Positions 27,029-40,500 of a DNA stretch of 64,000 nt are shown piece after piece. Under the pieces are notes generated by a model. That model did no database searches and was not told the DNA's origin. It was given only the letters and a program-made list of their open reading frames with translations. Source of the stretch: Protoeuglena noctilucae (taxonomy: Eukaryota); the NCBI GenBank assembly GCA_958009085.1, contig OY253689.1, positions 372,001 to 436,000 on the forward strand. Direction: 5' to 3'. Numbering within the stretch: the first letter of the stretch is position 1; each line of letters begins with the position of its first letter. Position numbers and translations under genes: made by a program.

Positions 27029-27189
27029 ATGGGGCATCAGCGAGAAAGAGCTGCGGCACCGTCAGCTCCGTGCCAGACCTTGAAAAGACTCAGTTATTCC
27101 ATTTTCAGCAGCTACTGTGTTAAACTCGCAGTCTAGTTTTCTCCATCGCAACCGTCGCGCACCCCTGTCGTCGGGTACTCGCGACAAAG

Positions 27190-30100
27190 ATGCGCACCGC
27201 GGACACCCTGCACTTGCCGGCCTCCCACGCGTGCTCCTGCGCAGCGCGGGCCGTCCACATCGCGCGCAGGAGTGTCGTGCATGTCGTCCGGTCGCGCAGA
27301 GCTGCTGGGGCCCCTGCGGGACCTCGGGATGGGATTCGGCAGCGAGCCGCCGCGACCCCGAACCCCGCCTCGGGCGATTGGACGGGTGACTGGCGCCTGT
27401 TCCCGCATCATCTCTTGCCTGCGACGCAATCATTGCCGTGGAGGCCGCGTGTCCCCGGCATCTCCGCTCCCCGCGCGGAGGACCCGTGCGCAGCTGCGCC
27501 CATTTCGACCGCCGCGCGCGCTCTATATTCTCCGCAGATGACTACAACCCGAGCAGCGAGGACCTAGAGGAGCTGGACAGGGTGGCGCGGGAGATGGCGG
27601 AGGACTTCGTGCGCGCGGGGAGGCGAACCGAGGCACGCGAGGGCGAGGCCGCCGACGACGAGAGCGACTGGGACGTGGAAGGCGAAGCCGACCTCGGGGA
27701 AAATGACGACACGGATGAGGTGACGGCGCTTGCTGAGACGCTAGGGGCTTCTGGGGAACGGCACGGCACTTGGAATGCGGCGGTCAACTTCGTCCCACGC
27801 CGCCTTCGCCAGGTCGTCGAGAGGGACGGCTTCCGGCTGACGGTGAACACGAACTGGAACGTGGAAGAGAGGGATGCGGTTGACGGGGCGGACGGACCTT
27901 CCACGGCGGGGGCGGACGGCGACGTTGCGCTGCTGCTCGAGAAGCGGGCCGCGGGGAAGGCGCTGAGCAAGCGGGAGGTGAGCTTTGCGACGCCTGAAAG
28001 TCTTTGTAAACATAGCTATGCGTTCGCGCCGTCGCTGTGCGCCCGGCGGCACCGGCGGCGCCCCGGGTGGCCCCACGCATGGCGAGGGATGGGTGCAGGT
28101 ACTCGCGGTCGTCCGAGAATGCGACGCTGCGCTCGCTCTTCCTCCGCAGCGCGCTCTGGTGCGTGACTGGGAGTACTCGCGGGTCTCGGAGGTGCCCGCG
28201 CGGCTCCTCCCCAAGGTGGCGATCGTCGGCCGCCCCAACGTGGGCAAGTCAGCGCTGTTCAACCGCGTGGCCGGGCAGCAGATCGCGATCGTCTACGACT
28301 ATCCCGGCGTGACGCGCGATCGCATGTACACGCGCGCGACGTGGAACGGCCGGGAGTTCCTGGTTGTCGACACGGGCGGCATCTCCAGCGACGCGGACGT
28401 GGTCGCTGCGGGCTCGCCGGCCCCCAGCGGAGGCGTCTCCGCGGACCGCATCCCGGAGGCCATCGAGCGGCAGGCGGCTGCCGCCATCGCGGAGGCGAAC
28501 GTGGTCGTGATGGTCGTGGACGGCCAGATGGGCCCCACGGCGGCCGACGAGGAGGTGGCCAAGTATCTTCGCAGGCGAGGGTCGCGAACGCGAAACTGCG
28601 CCGGCGCCGGACGCCGCGGGTCGCACACGCGCCAGGTCGCTGGAATAAAATTGTTTTGTTTGCGACACCATTTCCACGCCCTGCGCTGAATAATTGCCGC
28701 GAATGTCTTCTTCATCTCCCCCTCCAGGTACCACGGTTCCAAGCCGGTGGTCCTCTGCGTGAACAAGTGCGAGAACGTGTCGCAGCAGGACGTGATGGCG
28801 GCCCCTTTCTGGTCCCTGGGATTTGAGCCGCTGCCCGTCTCCGCCATTTCCGGTTCCGGTTCCGGAGATCTCCTCGATCGCGTCGTCGAGGCGCTCCCGC
28901 CGCCCCGCGACGCGGCGGAGGAGGAGGCGCAGCGGGCGGTGCGGGTGGCGATCGTGGGCCGCCCCAACGCGGGCAAGAGCAGTTTGCTGAACGCCGTCGT
29001 CGGCCGCGAGCGCAGCATCGTTTCGGAGATGGCGGGGACCACGCGCGACGCGATCGACACGGAGTTCACTGCGGAGGACGGCACCCCCTTTGTGCTGGTC
29101 GACACGGCCGGCATCCGAAGGCGCACGGCCGTGGCCGCCACCAAGGTGAGAGAGAGATTGAGGGGGCGGTTGGGGGTTGACTGAGATGCTTGGATTGGCG
29201 TCATGGACTGTCGTGGATGATGTGATGTTATCTGCCAGCCTCCAATCCGTGCTTTGCATACCCATGCTGCTGTCTCACGTACCCCCCGCTAGCGTCAAGA
29301 GTCAAAATCACCCTTACTTATTCCCAATCCATGAACTTACTATTCAAATCCCCTCATCCTATCCCCAGGACGGCGCCGAGCCCCTCTCGGTGCAGCGCGC
29401 GTTTGCGGCCATTCGCCGTGCGGACGTGGTGGTGTTGGTCATCGATGGGACGGAGGGAGTCACGGTGCAGGATTTCCGAGTGGCGGAGAGGGTGGCGGAG
29501 GAGGGGCGCGCGTGCGTCATCTGGTGAGGATGGGCAGCATCATGGGTCGGGTGGGGTGCGTGTGCATGTGTGCGTATTTGTGTGCCTGTTAGAGGAGTTG
29601 TGCAGCGTGTGACATCTGCCAAACAGTACTACTTCATGAGTACCTGAGCATCTCTATGTTACTTACCCCCAGCACTAACCCTTCCCCACCACCACCCACC
29701 ACACCACCCCTCCCGAGCCACCACACCACGATTCACCCACGACGCCCCCCCACTTCACCCCACGCAGCGTCAACAAGTGGGACCTTGTTCTCAAGGACTC
29801 CAACACTCTCCATCAATACGAGAAGCGAGTGCTCGAGGAATTGAGGCCCATCAACTACGCAGAGGCGAGGGGGGCAGCACAGGACATAGCACGTTGCATG
29901 TTACGTCGTGTGACCACAGCACGTTGTCTCTCAGCGCATGCGGTTGATTGATCGCATTCCCTGGACACGTCCACAACCTACAAACCTTTGCGCGGTATTT
30001 GCATTCCTACCCCCACTGCACCTCCCTTATCCACCCCACCCCGTCACCCCACCCCCACCCACATCACCCCATATCACCCCTCCAGGTCGTCTTCACGTCC

Positions 30101-30642
30101 GCCAAGACCAAGCAGCGTGTCACGAGCATCCTGGATGCATGCGCAAGGGCCGCCAAGGAGCACGCCAGACGCATCCCCACCGCCACCCTTAACATGGTGG
30201 TGCAAGAGGCAGTGACGTGGAAGGCGCCGCCCAACTCCAGGCGAGTGATCATGGAAGGACAGTGCGGTTTCAGAAGTGATGGTGCCAAGATGGCAACAGA
30301 GCGACGCGGCTCTCAACGTGAGCTCTGCTTACACCCCGCCAACCTCACACCCCACACCCCCCCCCACCCCCCAGGGGCTCTACCCGCAAGGCCCGCGTCT
30401 ACTACGCCACCCAAGCCGCCGTGCGCCCCCCCACCTTCGTCTTTTTCTGCAATGATGCGCGCATGCTGCCAGATGACTATCGCAGATACTTAGAAAGGCA
30501 AGTGAGGGAGGCGGTGGGGTTCAAGGGGACGCCCGTGCGGGTGTTCTGGAGGGGAAAGGGGCGCAGCGAGAGCAGGGGGGGGGGTGGTGGCGGAGGTGTA
30601 GGGGGGGGTGGGGGTGGGGGTGTGAGGGGCGGTGGGGTATGA
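27190..30642 (+). CDS. der: EngA/Der double-GTPase ribosome biogenesis factor, probably plastid-targeted
   Basis: Two G domains ([26 protein letters not shown] and [22 protein letters not shown]) plus a KH-like end ([29 protein letters not shown]). Confidence 0.95.
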
Positions 30643-31409
30643 GGGGCGGAGGCATGGAGAGGGGTGAAAGTGGGGTTGCATGGGGCGTGAGGAGGGGTGG
30701 GGGTGGGGGTGGGGTTGAGGGGTGGTGGGGTATGAGGAGTGGCGATTGTGGCAGAGGCATGGAGAGGGAGTGGGGAAGGCAGGGGAGGGGTGGCAAGGGG
30801 ATTGCACCGTTTCCCGCGAAGCGCGATGGGGCATCAGCAATGAGCGGGCGTGGTTTGTTACGACACTATATAGTACTAGTAGAGATGACGGGGCCGTTTG
30901 AACGAGACGATGCATTTGGATCAACATGGTTTGATCCCACGATTGATTTGTGTATACTATGGAAACGGAACTTGGAAACGGGACACGGCGCCTGCTCAGC
31001 ATCAACAGAGCGAAGAAAAGGATCGACGAAGCGAACCAAAGGACCGCAGCGCTGGGGATGCTAAGTCAAGCACAACACACCGATGTACAACAGTAGACGG
31101 GACACTGCGATAGGTATGGGACGCCTAACCTGGCCTAGCCAAAACGGTCACACTCGCGGTAATACCAGGACCGCATCGCTATCCTCCTCCTCTAGCGACG
31201 TATTGTGCAACTAGCGACTTTCTGCACAACTATCGCCACTTGATTACTGTCTTGGTTACTAATCAAGACCATAACCGACAGTCCTGAAGCGACGGCTGGC
31301 CCTATTGGTGCAACATGATGGCGCGACCTGCCCAAAGCCCTGTCCTCTGCTGCGCGTAACAACACCCCTGCCCCTCCCCACCTCACCACCCAACCCCCTT
31401 CCCCCCCCC

Positions 31410-34235
31410 TCACCGCCCCTCCCCGCCCTGCAGCCTGGTCACCCGGAATGGCACCCCCGATCGCATTTCCGCAAATGGGGTGAAATCCTTCAATGCCAGC
31501 GAGGGGTCAGTGACGTGCACTCTGTAGTCCCTGGCGAGCACCGCCAGAAACACCTGGGGGTGGAGGGGTGGGGTGAGAGAAGGGCCATAGCAAGGGGTCA
31601 TAGCAAGCGCACGCCAGCTCTGTCCATCGCGTATCACTCCCCCACACACCCATCCCTCGCTACCCCTTTCTATCATTTTTCTACCTATCCCCCTCACCTT
31701 GATCTTGGTCTTGGCCAGCCCAATCCCTCTCTCTCCCTTTCTCCTACTTTCTCATACTATCTAATACCTATCTAATACTTATTTAATATCCAATGCTCCC
31801 TCACCTTGATCTCTGTGGTTGCCAGCGTCGACCCCACGCATGACCGGCTGCCAACGCCAAAGGGCACGTATTCAAACGCGGATGGCTTTTTGAATCCCTT
31901 CTCCCCCAGCCACCGCTCCGGTTTGAATCCCTTAGTAGGGTCTATGTGCTCAAGTGTGCGCTGGGTGGGGTCGACCCAGCAGTCCCTGCAATGCAGTGCA
32001 TGGGTGAGGGTGCGGGTGATGTTAAATGACATGAGATTAGATGAAAAGGTAAACAGTACTACCATCCATAGTACCACCACCACCCCCAACTCGCCTGTCG
32101 TTGAGGTGTGACTGCACGTAGTTGACCTGGACACGCGCGCCAGCCGGGATCTGGAGAGGCAAAAAAGGAAACTTGATAATAACAATTACCATGAATAAGA
32201 TGGTAAAACCATCCAACCACATCATGTATGCCATCGCTGCTCACCTGGCACCCGTCGTACACGATCGTGCTGTGCATGAGTCGGTAGGCCGCACCGACCG
32301 GCACCAGCACCCGCATCGTCTCTTTCGCCACCGCGTCCGCCACCTCCATCCTGCCAAGCAACTCCATCGTGATGTCGGGGCCGTGCTGGGAGATCAGTTG
32401 CCTGCGATGTATAGGGAGCTACAGATTGAGGTAGAGATAGAGATAGAGATATGAAGTCGTGAGGGTGCCGCAGTTGCTAACGCAAGCTGCAGCTCGGCTC
32501 CATTCTCGCCAAGTCCACCACTCCCACTCTCACCTCTCTTCACCCATCCCCACCCCCACCCCCTCCCAGCCCACTCATCCCTCACCTCTGCTCCTCCCTC
32601 AGCCGTTTCTCCCACTCCGGGAAGTTCGCCAGCAGCGCCAGCAGGTTGCACATGGTGCTAGCGGTGGTCTCCTGCCCCGCCAGAAACAGCGCCAAAATGT
32701 TGTCCAGCAGACACTCGTCGCTCATGGCGTGGCCGTCGTCGTCCTCGGAAGCTACCATGCGGGATAGCACGGAGTTAGTCGAGAGAAACTTGGCACGATC
32801 ACCACCAAAGAGGTTGGTCGTGTTGGCGGTGGCGGTGGCGGTGGCGGCGGTGGGGTTGGGGATGGTGGTAGCAGTGGCAGTGGGGGTAGCAGTGGCGGTG
32901 GCAGTGTTGTCACTCGGCCCTTCGCTGCTCTGTGCCTTGGTCTTAGCCGCTGCCTTCCGTGCCTGCAGGAGAGGCGGGACCACAAGATGCGACGACCGTC
33001 ACGCACATCGCAAGCTGCAGTTGGTGTACTTGTAAGGTGTCGAGCCCACGCACGCCACATCGGCTTGACCACTTCACCATCGCCCACCCCATACACCACC
33101 CCGCCCAACCCCACCCCACCACCCCACACCCACCCTTACCTGATCCAAGTAAGGCCGGAAGCACTCCTTAATCTCCTGGCTCCTCTTCAGCGCTTTAAGG
33201 AATAACCCATGACCCGGCACGTACCATTGCGTGGGCGCAAACAGACCGTCCCCTATCTCGCGGAACGCGTGGGTGAGGGAAAGGACTTCGGATGGGGGCA
33301 CGTGCATTCCCACGGCGGCGCGGAGCAGAACGTCGAATGCCAGAGCCTTGGTTTCAAGCACCCCCTGCAAGGCGACTGTGGGTGGGTGGGGGTGGGGGTG
33401 CGGGTGGGTGTGGGGGGTGAGGTGAGGTGGGGGAGGGTGGCGGGGAGGTAGCAAGATGGCAAGTTGCAAAAGCTGGTTGCGCTGCAAGACTGTGCTGTGT
33501 GTGTTTTGTGCCATGAGGTGCGAAGCCGACCCACTCCCCTTCCCACTCACCCTTTCCTCCCTTATCATCGCTGCGTTCTACCCACGATTCGAATGCCTCC
33601 CTGACCGCAGCGACGATCTCCGGCATCGACGCAGCCAACACAGCCGGGGTCATGGCCGCAGTCATTGCACGCCGTACGCGCTTGTGCTGGTCTCCCGCCA
33701 GCGACAGCAGCGACTGCTCGCCCACGACTTGCACGAAGGAGTCGGGCCAGGAAGGGCTAGGCGAAGATGCGTCCACGGCGCGAAGGAGGTCGCCTCCCGC
33801 CACGTTGTGCCAGGCGCCCAGTCCCGCGACGTAGCCACGCATCATGGGGCTCCGCGGGCACGTGCGGTGCCAGAAGGGGACGCGTTTGCCGCTCAGGATG
33901 GACAATGCGTCGCCAAGGAGCGGCCAGGAGAGGCGCTCGCGGGCGAGAGGGGCGCGGACGGCCGGATCGCGGATGAGGTTGACGCCGCTGCCGGGCCACA
34001 AAACCGGGCGCGCGAGGCGGCGCAGGAAGAGCGCAGCGACCGCAGCGACGCTGGCGATGAACAGCAGAGCCGCGATATCGGTTGGGCGCTGCGGACGGAG
34101 GCGAGGGAGGGCCGGGAGTGCGATGCGAGCGCGTCGGGAGCGTGGAAGCACTCGCAATTGAGATCGGAATGAGAATCGCACGCTCACCGCCGTCCCCGAT
34201 GCGGCGCTCGTCGCCAGCGCCCACGGGCCGCTCAT
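31410..34235 (-). CDS. Cytochrome P450 (CYP85-clan-like), copy 1
   Basis: N-terminal TM anchor, WPLLGD, I-helix LFLAGQETT, K-helix ETMR, FKPERWL, haem motif PFGVGSRSCVG. Confidence 0.93.
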
Positions 34236-35019
34236 GGCCGCACGCGCGAACGCCGCGATCGCGTCTCCTGCGAGCGAAACCCACGTCGCGCGATCGACAA
34301 GAAGTGCATGCAGGCGTCACCTGCGGGCGACGCTGCACGCCCCAGGATCGACAGAGACTGTATGCAACGCATCTAATACCTAGCATCCGTCGAATGGGCT
34401 TGCGTGATGCAAGGAACCATCCCACGGTTACCTGCGGGCGCCATGGCGCTCAGGAGGGCAGGCGAGCGTCGAAGCTGAATATCTGCAGCTGCGTAGATGT
34501 ATTCCAGGCAACTGCAGGAGCAGCAAGCAGTCACGGCTCTTCTCAGGAGCTCACTCGTGGCCCGCGGTCAGTCGCGACTGGCAAGTGCCGCACAGCCGCG
34601 AGCTGCGCTTCCGCTCTCGCGACCCTGCCATGTTCGCGACAGTGTGCACATCATGGCAACTGCGGTGCGCTTGCGCCTGCGCTCTGCATGCGCGACTCTC
34701 CCGCCTGCCGCACACGTCATCGCAAGACGGGCCGCGGCACGAGGCCCCAGAAGGATCGCCGAGCGCCAGGATCCTCTCGTTAGCACGCCAGCAAGCGCAT
34801 CAAGGACTCGGCGTCGCGAGATATTCGACACGCTCGCCACGAAGGCGGAATCCACCACGAGCGGTGCGTGTGATGCGCGGGGCAGCCCAGGGCGCGGGGG
34901 TCCGTAACGATCCTCTTGTTCGCTGGAAACGACCTTTCGCTACCATGCAGATGCCATAGGCCGTGACAAATTGGTCGCGTTCGTCGAGAAAAGCGCCCTT
35001 CCCCTGGGTCGCAGAAACG

Positions 35020-37439
35020 ATGGGCCGCGACATCGATCTGGTCATATTCGGGGCGACGGGCTTCACGGGCACGCTTGTGTGCGAGCATATCGCCCGGGAC
35101 TACTCCGGGGCGTTCAAGTGGGCCATCGCGGGCCGCTCGCTGGACAAGCTCAGCAAACTCAAGCAGTCGCTGCAGAAGATTGACCCTGGCTGCGACCCGG
35201 AGGCCATCCTTTGCGATACAAAGAACCAGGTGAAGCGTCTGCGTGGTGCGGGCTTGCCCACGCGACGTCAGCCGGGCACGACCAGCACCCATCTTCGTGC
35301 ATGCGCATCTACACGTCTACACATCTATACATCTATGCATATATTATTTATAACGCCTGGTTTACTTCATCATTCGAGCTCCACCTCGCGCCTGTCGCAC
35401 GCAGGATGCCGTGGACGCCCTCGTCTCCCGCGCGCGCGTCGTGATTTGCACGGCGGGCCCCTTCAACCGCACCAGCCGCCCGGTCGCGTCCGCCTGCGCC
35501 CGACTGGGCACACACTACTTCGACATTACCGGAGAATCTCACTACGTGCGATGGTCGATCGACAACCTCGATGACAGCGCGAAGCAGTCGGGGGCGCGGC
35601 TGGTGCACATGTGCGGCTTCGACAGCGTCCCATCGGATATCGGCACCTTTCACGTCGTGCAGCACATCCGCAAAATGGGACTGGTTCCTGGTCGTATCGT
35701 CGCCATGGTCGGTCCCGGGAGTGGGGGCGTGTCAGGTGGCACGCTTGCCTCGGCTGTGTCGCTGTTTGAGGACCTCTCCATGGCGGGTGAGGGGATTTGT
35801 GTTATGGGCAAGTGTGTGACGTGATGTGTAGATGAGCAAGCGCGTGACTTGATTGGCAGCCGTGTCGCTGTTCGATGACCTGAGCATGGCGGGTGAGACG
35901 TGGGCAAGGGTGCGACTGGAGTGGCAGTCATGGGGTGGATCTGCCAAGCCAGGGTGTCGCTCTCATCACTCTGTAAAACACAAAACCTCGCTCTCTTCCT
36001 GCACCCCCCCAGAGCTCCGGTCTGTCTCTGACCCCTACTACCTCGTCCCTGACGCCTGCACACGCAACCTTGCTCAGCACGACCACCCCAACACATCCCC
36101 CGAGCGCGTGGGCGACGTGTGGGTGGCGCCCTGGGTCATGGGCGCTGTCAATGGGCAGGTGGTGCGACGGTCACGGGCGATCATGGTCGACAAATATGGG
36201 CCACGGTTCCGGTGAGGGTGTTTGGGGAAGTGGGTGGGAGAGAGTGGCAGGAGAGTGGTGGGGTTGTTGCGGCAGGGAAGGGGAGCTTAGGGAGCTTTCA
36301 ATGGGGTTGCCTTCATCCACACCCCCTGCACCCTCACCACTCTCGCTAGCGTGTCTCCTCACCATATCATCACCTCAATCACCACTCATCATCCTGTCAA
36401 TGTCTTCCATCCCCAGTTACGTGGAGGGCATCCCCACCCGCTGGCTGCTCCCCTCCCTCGCCCTGACCCTCTCGCTCGCACTGTCGGCACTGGCGGGCAT
36501 CACGGGGCTGCTGAAGCTGCTGGTGTGGGCGGTGGGGCCGAAGCAAGGGGAGGGGCCGACCAGGGAGGTCATGGAGAGGGGTGAGGAGGGGGGGAGTGGG
36601 GGATGCATAGGGTTGTTGTGATGGAGAGGGGTGAGGGGGGTGGTGGGGTGTGTGAGGGAGTGGGGATGCATGGGGGTGTGATGGTGAAGATAGAGGGTGG
36701 GGTTCTGTCATGGAGAGGGGTGAGGGGAAGTGGGAAGCATCAGGGTGCAAGGGCGACGGGGCGACGATGGATGCGTAACTCAACTGTTGCATCTGCACCA
36801 CTTCCCTCCTTCCGTATGACCCCACACCCTCACACCCTCCCCTCCCGTTCAGGTCACTGGCAGTACCGTTTTTATGCCGAGGCCACGTCCCCCGACAACG
36901 GCACCCCCCGCGTGTTCACATCTCGCGTGGCAGACCCAAAGAGGGACCCGGGGTACGGGTCGACCAGCCGGATGGTGCTGGAGGCGGCGCTGTGGTGAGA
37001 GATGGGGTAGGGTGATATGATATTAGATGAGATGAGATGAGATGAGATGAGGTGAGATGGATGGTGCTGGAGGCAGCGCTGTGGTGAGAGATGGGTGGGG
37101 TGTCGTGCATGCACGAGCAATCCACAGCACGAGAGGGCGCCAGGCTACAAACCCGCCTGCCCACACCCTCACCCCCCTCCGCTCCCATCCTCTCACCCCA
37201 TCTCATCCTCTCCCCTCCCTCTCAGCGTGGTCCTCAACGGCGACATTCTGGCATCCAGGGGTTATCCCCAGTCGGGGGTCCTCACCCCCGCGTCCGCACT
37301 GGGCGACGTCTACGTGGATCGCTTGGTGCAGGCAGGTCTCGAGTTCGAATCCGTGCGGGAAAAGGGAGGGGCCGAGGGATCGAGCGCGAAAGTGGAGGCG
37401 CCGGCGGGGGCGGAGAAGGTGGGGGCGAAGAGGGAGTGA
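35020..37439 (+). CDS. Saccharopine dehydrogenase-like oxidoreductase (SCCPDH / trans-acting enoyl reductase family)
   Basis: IFGATGFTG, WAIAGRS, VICTAGPF, HYFDITGE, CGFDSVPSDIG, SGGTLAS, GPKQGEGP, DPGYGSTSRM, GVLTPASALG. Confidence 0.92.
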
Positions 37440-37811
37440 AGGAGTGGAGGGAGGGGTGGGGTGTGAGATGGCAACCCTTGCGCACCATGCAGCGTGCGGT
37501 GGCGTGGGTTGCTGGACCGCACACCATTCATATTTGTATCGTTCAGTGTGACATGACTGCAGTCAGTGTAAAGCACAATAGCAGCACTGCTGTGCTTTCA
37601 AGGAGACGCGGCACCTGCTGCCACGCTTATCTAGCCACGCAATGTCAGGCCACGTCATCTCATACTAAGTAGGAAAGCTATTTCATTCTAGGTTAAGACT
37701 AATTCAGCAATCGCTTAGCGCGCACATCCACCCAGCCCACACCCCCTGCCCTCACCGCAACCCTCATTGCACCCCTCCCGTCACACTCCCCCCCATCACA
37801 ACCCGAGCCCC

Positions 37812-40500
37812 CTACCCCGCGCGCTCCTTGACCTCATTCGCGTCTTTTGAGATTCTCTCAACTGTGATGGGCACCCCCGACACCATCTCTGGGATCGGAG
37901 CCAGCGCCTTCCTCGCCAGCGAAACGTCCGTCACTTGCACGCGATACTGGCGGAAGGCGACTGCCAAAAACACCTTCATCTCGGTGTAGGCGAGGTTGAC
38001 GCCCACGCAGCTCCGCGCCCCGAACCCGAAAGGCACGAAACCCAGGCCGGGTTTTTTGAATCCCCTCTCCCCCAGCCACCGCTCCGGTTTGAATCCCTTG
38101 ACGGGGTCCATGTGATCGAGGGAGAAATGGGTGGGGTCCACCCAACAGTCCCTGGAGGTGGGGTGAGGGTGGTGGGTGGGTGGGGTGTGATGGGGTGTGG
38201 GGTGAGGGGAGGGGAGGGATGCATTGAAAGTTGCAGTGACAGAGATAAGATGACGAGCAGTTAAGTTATGCAGTTGTCCTCATTATCCTTATGCATGTAA
38301 CGAGTAAGTGTACATAACAACACCCCTTGCCTGTCGAAGATGTGTGTGGCGACATAGTCGACATTAGCGGACTGACCAGCAGGGATCTGCGAGTGGGGGA
38401 CAGACATTGCAACTAGCATAAATGTATATGTCCATCATTACAGGTCAGCACTATGAGAATAGACAGAAGCGTAAGTTATTGCTATCCACCATCCATGGAT
38501 TACACGTCAGCATTATCCCACATGTACACCAGCAGCACATCGACACCGAAAGTCTCCATAACCACCATTCATGCACTCCAACTCCACCCATCCCCCATCA
38601 CATTCACCTGGTATCCATCGAACACTAGCCATTAACAACATTATCAACATGCAACCTCCCACTCACCTGGTATCCGTCGAACACGGCCGTCTGCGTGGTC
38701 TTGCGAAAAGCTCCCCCGACGGCCGGGATGACTCTCAGCGTCTCCCTCACCACCGCATCCGCCACCTCCATCTTCCCAAGCAACTCCATCGTGATGTCGG
38801 GGCCGTGCTGGGAGATCAGGGTTCTGCGTACAGGTAGAGAGATGGAGAGATGGAGTTATAGTAATGGGTAGATGTATAGCATTGAGGGTGGGGCAACGGC
38901 TGTCGCAAGCTGCAGCTCAGTCCCACTCCCTTAATCACCCACCCCACTTATTCTCACTTCACCTCACCCATGGCCCCATCCCCAATCCCCCTCCCCACCC
39001 ACCCCGCTCATCCCTCACCTCTGCTCCTCCCTCAGCCTCTGTTCCCACTCCGGGTGCCGCGCCAGCAACACCAGCAGATTGCCCAGCGTAGATGCGGACG
39101 TCTCATGCCCCGCAAAAAAGAACACGAGCATGTTATCGAGAATCGCAGCGTCGCTCAGCGGCTGTTTGTCCTCGTCGGTGTGGGCCACCAATCGGTGCAG
39201 CACGGACGAGGGGCGGGGGGTGAGGCGAACGCGATCGGAGCGGAAGAGGGGGGACGCGCGGGTGGGGGTGGGGGTGGCGGTGACAGTGGGGGTGGCGGTG
39301 TTTGTGTTTGTGTTTGTGTTTGCAGCAGCGTTGGGGTTCTTGGGGTCTGACTGCGCGCCGTCTTGTTGCGACAGGGCAGTACGGGCCTGTGGGTGGGAGA
39401 GGGAGTAAGGCAGAGGTGAGGGTCAAAGCTTGATTAGATAGAGTGCTATTGCTGTATTAGTTTGCACAATCAGCCTCCTCTGCTGCACCTACCCATCCAC
39501 CCCGCACGCGCACGCTCCTACCCCTCACCCTTCACACCCGTCTCATTTCGCCCACCCCACCCCAACCAACGCCACCTACTCTTCCTAACCTGGTCCAAGT
39601 AAGGCCGGAAGCACTCCTTAATCTGCTCGCTCCTCATCAAAGCCTTGGCGAAGAGACCGTAACCAGGCAGGTACCATTTGGTGGGCATGAACATGCCCAT
39701 CGACACATCGCCCAGCGCCGATGCCAGCTGCGACACCTCTCCCTCCTCCGCGCGCATCCCCACCAGCGCACGCAGCAGCACATCCAGCGTCATCGCCTTG
39801 ATGCGAGGGGCTCCTTGGATGGGCGCGCCGCTCGCACTCAGCTCCGCCCAGCGGGACAGGGCGTCCTCCACGGCGGCGACGATGTCGGGGAGACACCCGG
39901 AGAGCTGCGCGGGGGTCATGGCGCTGACCAACACCTTGCGCAGTCGACGCCCCTCGGTGCCATTCAACACCGACAGCGCGCCGGGGCCCAGCACGCGCCG
40001 CACGCCGTCCGGCCAGCTGACGTCCGGGTGCGCCGCGTCCATCGCGCGGACATTCTCTGCGCCGGAGGTGGCGTGGAGGGGGCCAACGCCGGCCATGTAG
40101 CTGCGATAGGTGGGGCCCTTGCGCGCGAGAGAGAAGCTGCCGGCGACGCGGTCGGCGCTTAGGAACATCGGGAGAGAGCCCAAAAGAGGCCAGCCGAGGA
40201 CCTCAGGGGCCAGCGGGGCGGGGCAGGAGGGGTCACGGCGGGAGCCGGCGTGGACGCCCGGCCAGAGCACAGCCCGCACGACGCGGCGCAGGGGACGGGC
40301 AAGGACCACTGCCATGAGCACCAGGGCCGCGAATAAAAGGCCAAGCATCGCTGCGTCGCGGAGGCTCTGCGCAGGCGGGGCGGGCGGGCGTGAGAACGCG
40401 GAGTGGCTGAGGCGATCGGGCCGATATCAACGGATCCGCGCCCGCTCACCGCGCGTCCCGAGGCGATGTTAGCGGCTGTGGTAACTGGAGCTCGCAGCAT
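37812..40500 (-). CDS. Cytochrome P450 (CYP85-clan-like), copy 2, paralogue of copy 1
   Basis: GWPLLGS, FFFAGHETS, ETLR, FKPERWL, PFGFGARSCVG. Intron positions largely match copy 1; the short first exon (ATG 40500) is inferred by analogy. Confidence 0.93.
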
